A stretch of 47,804 nucleotides of DNA from an uncultured bacterium. GTDB lineage: Bacteria; Lernaellota; Lernaellaia; Lernaellales; Lernaellaceae. A model generated the notes under the pieces. The model did not search any database, had not been told where the DNA came from, and saw nothing but the letters and a program-made list of their open reading frames with translations. Numbering within the stretch: position 1 is the stretch's first letter; each line of letters begins with the position of its first letter. Both the position numbers and the translations under genes were made by a program. The stretch covers positions 1 through 47,804 of the forward strand of contig CAZHPN010000022.1 of NCBI GenBank assembly GCA_964534375.1, read 5' to 3'. Of this stretch, positions 28,142 through 36,259 are shown one piece after another.

Positions 28142-29834
28142 ATGGTTGTTCTGGCTTTCATAGCGGTGATGGCGGTGACCGGAATTGGAGGTTCGGTGTA
28201 CACCGTAAGGAAATTGCGTGCGATTGCGCAGCGAAGAAAGGAATGGAAAGCCGCCGATGACTTTGTCATGGCAGCAGGAGCCGGTGGAGCGAGCCTCGTC
28301 GATCTATATCTGGTTTCCGAACATCACGAGCAGGCTCTCGCCAATCTGCACCATATTTATTCACACGCAATTCCTGCCGACGCCAGTCCGCTCACCTGGG
28401 CGTCGTACTTCGAGGAGCACGCGCAGGAGGGACCGAGGCACATTCAGGGTGTCGTGAATGCTTGGCAAGGGACGCTCGCGGAACACCAAACCGTCGAAAC
28501 GTTGAATGCCGATCCGCTTCTTCGGGAGCACGGTATTACCGCCCATCAATTCGACGCCCCGAATCATCCGGGAACCGACATTTATTTCGCCGACTCACAC
28601 GGGCATGCGTTGTCGCACACGCAAGTGGAAGGTCTCGGGCTGCCCGATCAATTGCAGGTGAAGTCATACGCGGCCGACAACGTTCACAATTTTCTGGATC
28701 AAGTTCACCAACATCCGAACCTCGACTACGTGGTCAATCACGAACTTTATGACCACTTAGCTTCGAGCGGAACGCTAGATCATCTGTCGGGTCACGTTAT
28801 CGACGGCGGATTCAGTACCGATGCGTTGCATGACCAAGCGAAGAGCGTCATCGGCGACTTTCATCAAGCTCAAGATGTTGCTCATCACGTTCCGTTCGTG
28901 GCCGTGGGCATGTTTGGGTACAAGACGGCGCGAAATCTCCGCGAGTTGGTCAAGGGCAACCAGAGCTTCTCAGAGGCCGGCGTAAACATTACCGCCGATG
29001 GCGTTCGTGTTGGCGTCGGCGGCATGGCAGCGTTCGGAGGCGCAAAGATAGGGGGGCCTTATCGGGTCCATGATTCTACCGGGAGTTGGCACAATAATCG
29101 GAGGCGTTGCCGGCGCGCTCGCTGCTGGTTTGGGTGTAACAAAGCTCTTCAATAAATTGAAAAACCGGTTCAAGTACGGCGAAATAATGGACGCCTGCGA
29201 GCGGATCGGACTGCGATACTGCTTTGCTGCCCAAGACCCATCCGCTGGGGTTTTCAGGTCCGTCGAGAATGGCCTCCTAAACATCCCGAGGGTTCAAGCC
29301 GGATTGGACGCGGAGTTGGCGCTCGCGACCGAGTACGGGGTTCCCTCCGGATTGACCACCGATGCAAAGCTGGCCCCTGCGCAAGCGCTCCTGGCCAGAA
29401 GCGTGGTCGAAATTGAAAGGCAACTTCGGATCGCGCGCCGCGCTGTTCCCAAGATCGTCAGCAGGTTGACCGGGTTGGTCTCGCAGTTGAACAACAAGGC
29501 CAATCCGAAACAAGGCTACGGCTTCCTCGGCTGGCTCGTCGCGTCCCAGTCGGACCATCTGCTGGCTGACTGGCCGGATGACACTGGGGATGTGGAAATC
29601 GTGAAGAAACGGGCCGCGGATTTTCCACACCATCCATACCGTTTGGGTGACGAGGCTGCCGTACTGAAAACCGTCGCAGCCGAAAGCGTCGCCGAAGCGG
29701 AACGTGAAGTGGCCCCGGCGGTCCCTTTCTGGCAAGAACCAAGTTGGCCCCTGGTTTTCGGCCTTTTTTTGAGCATCGGGCTTCTAGTCGCAGCGGGCAT
29801 ATGGGCCTATGCGCATTGGTTTCGACTGGGTTAG
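28142..29834 (+). pseudogene. Glycine-zipper membrane protein split by a +1 frameshift in a G6 run
   Basis: ORFs 28142-29155 and 29070-29834 join as ...GAKIGG-LIGSMILPGVGTIIGG... if one G is removed at 29051-29056, giving about 563 aa. Confidence 0.75.
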
Positions 29835-29897
29835 TCAAACGGACGGAGGTGTCGGATGCGAGTTTCGATCCGCCTTCCGACCAGAAAGGGAAAAACC

Positions 29898-30647
29898 ATG
29901 AATAAGCTGTTTCTGATTGCCTTGATGGCGGTCCTCGCGCTGAGCCTAGGATTGTTGATCGCATGCGGCAGTTCAAGCAACAAGAGTAGTTCCGCGGCGC
30001 AACCAGAGGGGGCGTGCTGCGTGCAGACAACGTGCTCAATCACGTCACAAGCGGCCTGCAGCGGCGGTCATTGGCTTGGGGGCAATACCGTCTGCGCGCC
30101 GAACCCCTGCGCGGTGAGTGACGATGACAATGATGACGACGGCTCGCCTGACGATGATGACAACGACAATGATAACGATGATGACGATACCACTGGAGAA
30201 TCCGTCTGGACCGATACGACGACCGGTCACATGTGGCAGAACGGCGCAACAGTCGGGGCAAACTATTATGAATGGACGGCTGCGCAGAATTACTGCGCGG
30301 GGCTGAGTTGGGGCGGCTACAGCGGCTGGCATTTGCCGGATATTGACGAGTCTCGCAGCCTGATCCGGGGGTGCACCGCCGCAGAAACGGGTGGTTCCTG
30401 CGGCGTGACCGACTCGTGCTTGGAATCAAGTTGCACTAGTGCTGCATGTAATGGTTGCTCAGGGTTAGATGGCCCCGGGCCGGGCGGTGCCTACTGGCCT
30501 CCAGAGGTCTCAGGCAAAGCCACGTGGTATTGGTCGGCCTCGGCGGTCGCGGGCGGTCCCGGCGGCGCGTGGGGTGTCAGTTTCAGCGGCGGTACCATTG
30601 CCGTTCTCTACGACGATCTCAGCCTTTGTGCGCGGTGCGTTCGGTAG
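29898..30647 (+). CDS. Lipoprotein with Asp-rich linker and DUF1566 (Lcl-type) domain
   Basis: Lipobox LLIAC; WTDTTTGHMWQ, GGYSGWHLPDIDE, YWSAS, AWGVSF and terminal RCVR. Confidence 0.85.
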   Translation: MNKLFLIALMAVLALSLGLLIACGSSSNKSSSAAQPEGACCVQTTCSITSQAACSGGHWLGGNTVCAPNPCAVSDDDNDDDGSPDDDDNDNDNDDDDTTGESVWTDTTTGHMWQNGATVGANYYEWTAAQNYCAGLSWGGYSGWHLPDIDESRSLIRGCTAAETGGSCGVTDSCLESSCTSAACNGCSGLDGPGPGGAYWPPEVSGKATWYWSASAVAGGPGGAWGVSFSGGTIAVLYDDLSLCARCVR

Positions 30648-30730
30648 CCGCAGAACCCTATCGCAGGGCGTTCTTGACTACCTTGGTGAGCAGTATGCAC
30701 GCCAAGCTGGCTTGCTGACCGGCCAAATTC

Positions 30731-30863
30731 AGGGAGGCTGGGGAGGCTGGGGAGGCCCTACATAAAATCTCCAGAAAGTGATTCGCTGTACACGATCGCG
30801 TGATGCACACGGCCATTTTTTGAGAAAAACACGCTGGCCCTCCCTGGGCTCCCTACCCTCCCT
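30731..30863. repeat. Inverted GGGAGG iteron module, copy 2
   Basis: AGGGAGGCT GGGGAGGCT GGGGAGGCC, 79 nt spacer, GCCCTCCCT GGGCTCCCT ACCCTCCCT. Confidence 0.88.
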
Positions 30864-31339
30864 GTCCGCGGCTGAAAACTACCGGTCGCCGTCAATCATG
30901 TACACGGAACGTCCGGCCAGCCAAGTCTGCCAACACCGCTGGAACTGCGCCGGCTGCTAGGATGTCCGCGTTGACGCCGAGGGCGAACGCTGCTACTCTA
31001 AATCCACCCGTTCTGTGAAGTGGTTTTTCCTCGTCTGGCCGAACGATGCAACCGTTCGGCCTTTTGTTTCCCTACAGGTGTTTGCCTCGGCCACAGACAC
31101 GCCTTCGGGACTCATTTGCGACTTCTGTGACCAGTATACACGCGACAATATGGTCCTGACCGGCCAGAATCACCGTGCTGGAAAGGCAATTGGCGCCGGC
31201 CCATCAAATCCGCCCGAAAAGAGGGGCCGAAAGATCGCCCTCCAAAACGGCCGGAGAAAACCCTCGTAAACAAAGGATTCTTGAAGGCGTTTTTTAGTGC
31301 GGGAAAATCATTAATTTTCTCCGCACCAACAATGTTGTA

Positions 31340-32716
31340 TTAGGATGCGGCTAAGACACTGGGTATAGCCGGGCGAGTGGGGCGCTGTCCCACGGTCGCT
31401 CTCACAATACAATTACTGACATCACCAGTCACCGTGGAATGGTGCGCTTCGCCCGACGCGACTCGCACGGCCTGTGTGATGGCGAGCGCGCCAGCAAAAG
31501 CGCTGACGAATGGAACGGCAACGCTACTGCCGGCAAGGATAGCGGCACCGCATCGACCCTCTTCGTTGTTACGGACGATCTCCTGGTAGGCAGGGAGCTC
31601 CATCAGCCGCGTGGTCGTGGTGGCCGTTGCATCTTCGTCGTCTTCAAAATGTTGGCAGGGGTTCATTTTGGAATCTGCGGTGTCGAAAACGTTGATCCGT
31701 ATCTTCTGGAAATTTGCAGCCGTCGCGCCGAGCCCAGCATCGATCACGTATTCGAATTTAGGGAGCCCGAGCCAGCGGCGCGGTCGCATGCTATCCAGGC
31801 CGGCTAACGCGAGCAAAGGCTCCTGATCTGTGCGCCGTAAAGTTTCGTCGAACCGGCGATCGATGCGGCGCACGCAAAAACCCCTCGCCTCCGCCCATTC
31901 CTCTGCGATGCGGGTCTTGAGTGGGCCATATCGGCCGCGACGGACCAATATTGATGTCGCCCAGTTTTCCTCTTTGACGATATCGTCATCCTGGAGAAAA
32001 AGAAGCACATTGTTGGGCGTCGGATACGGCAGCATGGAAAGTGACCACAGAAACGCCTGGCCGAGATTGCCGAGCCCTATTAGCCAGAGCTGTAGGGGCA
32101 GGTAGCATTGCGACTGCGGGGGGCCAGGGTCGTAAAGGGTGCTATCGGGTGACCAAAGCGACAGAGTTTGCGGTATCCTTCCGGCTTCCGCATGATCTTG
32201 CTCGGCCATGAAAGCCTGGCCGATGGCGAGTGCACCGGCCGCGACGCCGGCGAGAAGACAATCGCTGCGGCCGTTCGCCCTAGGTGTGCGGCCAGGCGTG
32301 ACGCCTGCGACCCATCCGTCCCAAAATGCTTGAACCGACCAGGTGCTGCGATGGTTCAAGACTGGGCCAATGAGAACGGCCCGGTTTGGGAAGGGATCGC
32401 CCACGACAGCGCCGAGCTCGTAAGCCGCAGCCGCAAGATTACTGGCCGGAAGTGGGAGAGGGAGAAGCAACGGGCGATCGACCTGCCCGTGAACGCTAAC
32501 TTTCCCCTTCCCGAAGCAGCGAACAGCCGTGACCGTGGCCGTGAGAAAAGCTGCTTGCCCCGCCGGCGTGTCGGCCGCTTCGCTCGCGAGAAACAGGGAG
32601 AGGCCGGAGTTGGCGAATTTCTTGCCTGCTTCGGCAAAGGAATAGCGGCCGGAATTCACTAGCGTGAGAAGGACGCGCGAGGTCTCGGAATCGATTTCGA
32701 TTGGCGTCGTTGTCAT
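31340..32716 (-). CDS. bilD: E1/ThiF-family ubiquitin-like activating enzyme (BilD-like)
   Basis: IGLGNLG, D.D....N, DAGLG and GRCG..LAG..V.VPFV motifs. ATGA overlap with the JAB stop. Confidence 0.85.
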   Translation of the reverse strand: MTTTPIEIDSETSRVLLTLVNSGRYSFAEAGKKFANSGLSLFLASEAADTPAGQAAFLTATVTAVRCFGKGKVSVHGQVDRPLLLPLPLPASNLAAAAYELGAVVGDPFPNRAVLIGPVLNHRSTWSVQAFWDGWVAGVTPGRTPRANGRSDCLLAGVAAGALAIGQAFMAEQDHAEAGRIPQTLSLWSPDSTLYDPGPPQSQCYLPLQLWLIGLGNLGQAFLWSLSMLPYPTPNNVLLFLQDDDIVKEENWATSILVRRGRYGPLKTRIAEEWAEARGFCVRRIDRRFDETLRRTDQEPLLALAGLDSMRPRRWLGLPKFEYVIDAGLGATAANFQKIRINVFDTADSKMNPCQHFEDDEDATATTTTRLMELPAYQEIVRNNEEGRCGAAILAGSSVAVPFVSAFAGALAITQAVRVASGEAHHSTVTGDVSNCIVRATVGQRPTRPAIPSVLAAS

Positions 32717-33234
32717 TGCGGCCACCATCCGATGTAGAGGGTCCGGGCGCCATGCGCGCTGTGGTCGCGCCACTGGCGCGCGCCGAGATATTCGTACACA
32801 CCGACTTCTCCTGGTAGGTGATTGCATGCGGCGTAATCGGGGACGATGAGCGCGAAATGGCCGAGTTCCGCGATCATGGGATTCTGGCGGTCGGTTCGGC
32901 TCTGGCTGTAATGACCGGGATGGACGTGCACATCGGCCACGACACTCATTTTCAAAGCGCGACATTTTGCCCAGACCAGGCCGAACTTGCTACCGTCGAA
33001 CTCGACGATGCCATTGGCGAAGCAATTTGGATCGACGTCGTCGTAGTAGAGGAAGTGCTGGATTCTTCGAGTACGTCGGTTGGCGTTGCCGAGAAGGAAG
33101 GCACCGCTCTCGCGCCTGCCAGCGGCTCGCCGTTTCAGTTCCTCGACGCCCTGGTTCCAGATGCGTGGGCTACAAACCAGCTTCGGGGGCCGGCCGAGAG
33201 CCGCGCGCAGCAGCGTTGGAAGTGAGAAGACCAT
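32713..33234 (-). CDS. bilC: JAB/JAMM metallo-isopeptidase (BilC-like)
   Basis: RESGAFLLG and VHVHPGHYSQSRTD (E...HxH...S..D). Confidence 0.88.
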   Translation of the reverse strand: MVFSLPTLLRAALGRPPKLVCSPRIWNQGVEELKRRAAGRRESGAFLLGNANRRTRRIQHFLYYDDVDPNCFANGIVEFDGSKFGLVWAKCRALKMSVVADVHVHPGHYSQSRTDRQNPMIAELGHFALIVPDYAACNHLPGEVGVYEYLGARQWRDHSAHGARTLYIGWWPQ

Positions 33235-33673
33235 GCAAATCCTCCAAGATGAAAGCGATTTCACGCTTAGGATTCCAGGCGAGGTTGGGGTGCGCCTGCG
33301 CCCAGTTGTTATGGGCACCGCTTGCACGTTCCCAGGGTCGATAAACGGTGTTATGCGGTGCCCAGTTCTTAAAGGCCGCCACCACGCGATCTGACCCTTT
33401 CGGGCGGCGGTTCTCGGCGAGTAGGTCGTTGGTCGCGCAATCCCAGATCTGAACGGCTGGCGCAGTTCCGGGAAATCCGGACAGCTCAAAGTGAAAGAAA
33501 TATTCGCTGGCGGTGCCCTCTGGCTCCACCGCAGCTACCGCCATGATCAGCACGGGAAAAGTATACGATACCACGTGCCAGTACTTACACCGGTCGCCCG
33601 CCTTGAAGCGGGTGGACGCCAAATCGGCGTCCACCGCGCTTTGTGCAGGGTTAGCAAGTCCATCGGGAATCAT
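33170..33673 (-). CDS. bilB: E2-like protein (BilB-like)
   Basis: Position between Ubl and JAB; FP..AP....WD, PKG, and Y.P..R...H.NW...HP...W pattern. Confidence 0.78.
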   Translation of the reverse strand: MIPDGLANPAQSAVDADLASTRFKAGDRCKYWHVVSYTFPVLIMAVAAVEPEGTASEYFFHFELSGFPGTAPAVQIWDCATNDLLAENRRPKGSDRVVAAFKNWAPHNTVYRPWERASGAHNNWAQAHPNLAWNPKREIAFILEDLHGLLTSNAAARGSRPAPEAGL

Positions 33674-34199
33674 CGTTCGCTCCCTGCGGCAACACGCCCC
33701 GAATCAAGTCAAGGGCGAGTCGATGGTGGTGGTGGTGCCCTTCGTGTTGAACGTAGCGGCCGATATGGGCGGTCTTGGGCAACTCGTGAGCGTCCGGAAT
33801 TTTGTCGTGGCGGGCAAGCTCCATCTCTGGTGCTAGGATCGGATCGAGATTAAATCCGTCCTTGCCGACGGCCCAGTCCAGGACACATTGGACGCGGGCG
33901 GACGGGGGAAACCGTTTTTCCTTTTCCAGGTTCTTGTAAAAGACAACGACCGCGATCTCCCGCACTCGATGGACGTGGTGTTTCTTGCGCGCCATGTCGT
34001 CCGTGACGACGATGGCAAGATCCAATGGCTCACCGCAATCTTCGACCAGCAGGATCGCCTCTTCCGCCGGGAAGCCACCCTTCTCGGCGACGGCCACGAC
34101 GATTTCGCGGGCCGTATGGCCCCGAGGAACGGGAATAAATTCGATTCCCTTGAGTGTTTCGCCTTCAACCATCACTTCAATCGTTTGTTCGTCAGACAT
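33651..34199 (-). CDS. bilA: Tandem-domain ubiquitin-like protein (ISG15-like, BilA-like)
   Basis: Two beta-grasp-sized halves linked by HVHR; RFPPSARV..VLDWAV; ends LPQG plus a 9-aa extension. Confidence 0.78.
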   Translation of the reverse strand: MSDEQTIEVMVEGETLKGIEFIPVPRGHTAREIVVAVAEKGGFPAEEAILLVEDCGEPLDLAIVVTDDMARKKHHVHRVREIAVVVFYKNLEKEKRFPPSARVQCVLDWAVGKDGFNLDPILAPEMELARHDKIPDAHELPKTAHIGRYVQHEGHHHHHRLALDLIRGVLPQGANDDSRWTC

Positions 34200-34255
34200 A
34201 GTGTTTCCTCCTCCGTTGACACCTCACAGGGGGGCCAACGCGATGTGTTCGCAAA

Positions 34256-34321
34256 ACAGTAATATTCGCCAACCATGATGTCAAGAGCGTCTGTTGACTT
34301 TTTTTCGCGATGCATTAACAT
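34256..34321. promoter_or_regulatory. Back-to-back sigma-70 promoters between bilA and the capH-like gene
   Basis: Minus: TTGACA(34284-34279)-17-TACTGT. Plus: TTGACT(34294-34299)-16-TAACAT. Confidence 0.65.
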
Positions 34322-34350
34322 AAGCCAAGTTGAACTGGCGGGGTACATAT

Positions 34351-34752
34351 ATGCGTCTCGGCGAACGGATCAAGAAACGGCGAATCGAACTCAATTGGAC
34401 ACAAGACGAGTTATGCCGCCGAGCCAAAATCAGCAAAGGGTTTCTGTCCGATGTCGAAAACGGAAAGCGAAGTATAGGCGCAGAAACCCTCCTCGATCTC
34501 GCTCGCGTTCTTTCGTTGTCCTTAGATTATTTGATGACAGGGGACCCCTCAGAAACGCTTCCGAACGAAGAAATCGAGATACCGGCGGGCCTTGCTCGGT
34601 TCGCAGAACAAGAAGGGCTTTCATTCCGGAATACATTGGCGATGTTGGACATGCAACGCCAGATAATCGCTCACCGAAGCTCCTCAAAGGAAGAAGGTTT
34701 GGACGAAGTTGATTGGCGGAATTTTTACAACGCGGTGAAGGATTACCTGTGA
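34351..34752 (+). CDS. XRE-family HTH repressor (CapH-like)
   Basis: LGERIKKRR..LNWTQDEL...ISKGFLSDVENGKR. Divergent from the defence operon and coupled to a peptidase gene. Confidence 0.88.
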   Translation: MRLGERIKKRRIELNWTQDELCRRAKISKGFLSDVENGKRSIGAETLLDLARVLSLSLDYLMTGDPSETLPNEEIEIPAGLARFAEQEGLSFRNTLAMLDMQRQIIAHRSSSKEEGLDEVDWRNFYNAVKDYL

Positions 34753-35792
34753 GACTCGATCGTGAGCCAGAAGTAATTCGCGTTGCCTCGGAGTTGAGGG
34801 CCGTAGATCAAGGAAACGGACCTGTCCAAGCCGTCATCGATTATTGCTGCGAGAAGGCACGTCGTCTGATTGGCGGATTGAAAATAAGTTCGCTCGCCGA
34901 GTTCGAGCAAGTAATCTGTTCCAGGCTCAAGCTCGTCTTTGAGACGATTTACGACGACCGGGATTTGGATGTTGTTGCGGAAAAATATAGACGCCTCGGA
35001 GAGATCGCTTTCCTTCGAATCAAAACTACGTTCGATCCGGCAACTTTTGCAATCCTTATGGAAAGAAGAAACATTAACGGGCGATCACCTGACAGATACG
35101 TCGCGGTCATCGACTGTCGCGGCGAAAAGGCCCACCGGGCCTACTTCTCTCGTTGGCACGAAATCGCTCACTTGCTTACGCTTAAGCGTCAATTGGAATT
35201 GCCGTTCTATCGATCAACGGGAACGACACCTTCCGAGAAACTGATGGACTCTGTCGCGGGTGAGTTGGCTTTTTTCGCCCCGCTTTTCGGGCCGGTTTTG
35301 GAAAAACACATCCGCGCAAATGGTCTTCTCTCGTTTGGTGTGGTGGATGCCGTGCGCTGGGACGCTTGTCCCGAGTCGAGCTATCAAGCGGCGCTTTTCG
35401 CCTGCTTGAGGCAGACGCCGACGGCGGCATTATTACTTGATGTTGGCCTCGGTCTCACGAGTGCCGAGAAAAAACTTGTCGAATCGAAGTCGCTACCGCT
35501 TTTCCCGGTGAAAGCGCCAGAACCGAGATTGCGGGTGTTAACCGCAAATTCAAGTGCTTCAGCACGCGCCACCGATTTTCGTGTCCATCGGAACATGCAC
35601 GTCCCTGCCGAATCCATAGTCTCGCAGCACTACGAGGACACGAAAGACTCGCCCATTGATACTGGCGCCGCGGGTCTGGAAGACTTTTCTATCTGGCGTC
35701 ATTCCGATGGACGGTCCGTCGGCGAGGGCCAGATTCGCGTCGAGGCAAGGCGCTTCGGCAATCAATTCCTCGCGTTGATCACACGGCCCTAA
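34749..35792 (+). CDS. ImmA/IrrE-family metallopeptidase (CapP-like)
   Basis: RAYFSRWHEIAHLL (HExxH) with downstream E. GTGA overlap with the HTH gene. Confidence 0.82.
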   Translation: MRLDREPEVIRVASELRAVDQGNGPVQAVIDYCCEKARRLIGGLKISSLAEFEQVICSRLKLVFETIYDDRDLDVVAEKYRRLGEIAFLRIKTTFDPATFAILMERRNINGRSPDRYVAVIDCRGEKAHRAYFSRWHEIAHLLTLKRQLELPFYRSTGTTPSEKLMDSVAGELAFFAPLFGPVLEKHIRANGLLSFGVVDAVRWDACPESSYQAALFACLRQTPTAALLLDVGLGLTSAEKKLVESKSLPLFPVKAPEPRLRVLTANSSASARATDFRVHRNMHVPAESIVSQHYEDTKDSPIDTGAAGLEDFSIWRHSDGRSVGEGQIRVEARRFGNQFLALITRP

Positions 35793-35996
35793 CTTCCCCC
35801 GTCGGGCGGCATTTTTATGCCGGCCGAGCCGACAATCACGGTTGTCTTCGGCGTGGGCAATGTTTTTTCATCCAATTCGCTCTCCCCTTTTCGCGGCCTT
35901 TCTCGTCGGTTCCTTGTGCGACACATACTGAAGATAGGCCGCAATCCGGTCCGTTGCAATTGCCTTCCGAGCCTCGGACAACTCGATCTCACGTCT

Positions 35997-36114
35997 GGGG
36001 AGGCCAGGGAGGCTGGGGAGGCCCTTTGTAAAATTCTGTAAAAATGATCCCGAATGGGCAGGCGCTGTTTTGGAAAAGTTTACGCAGACCCTCCCTGGGC
36101 TCCCTACCCTCCCT
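35997..36114. repeat. Inverted GGGAGG iteron module, copy 3
   Basis: GGGGAGGCC AGGGAGGCT GGGGAGGCC, 64 nt AT-rich spacer, ACCCTCCCT GGGCTCCCT ACCCTCCCT. Confidence 0.88.
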
Positions 36115-36259
36115 GTTCTGGCCTTGATCTATCCGATCCATCGTTTTCTTCCAGCGATTTCGAGGTCAATGTCGAAGGCTTATCTAGGCAGCGCCAGCCA
36201 CATGTCATTCGCGATCGCTTTTTAGCTCGACCTCGCCGTGGCAGGCCATCCGGTACCCA

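Noticed and set aside
31287..31326. Hairpin GTGCGGGAAAAT...ATTTTCTCCGCAC as the Bil operon intrinsic terminator
   Set aside because: The stem is real but there is no U-tract on the operon (minus) strand, so its function is unassigned.
31340..34199. CBASS type II (Cap2/Cap3) or ThiF/MoeB sulfur-transfer operon
   Set aside because: There is no CD-NTase or thiamine/molybdopterin gene; separate Ubl, E2, JAB and E1 match the Bil layout.
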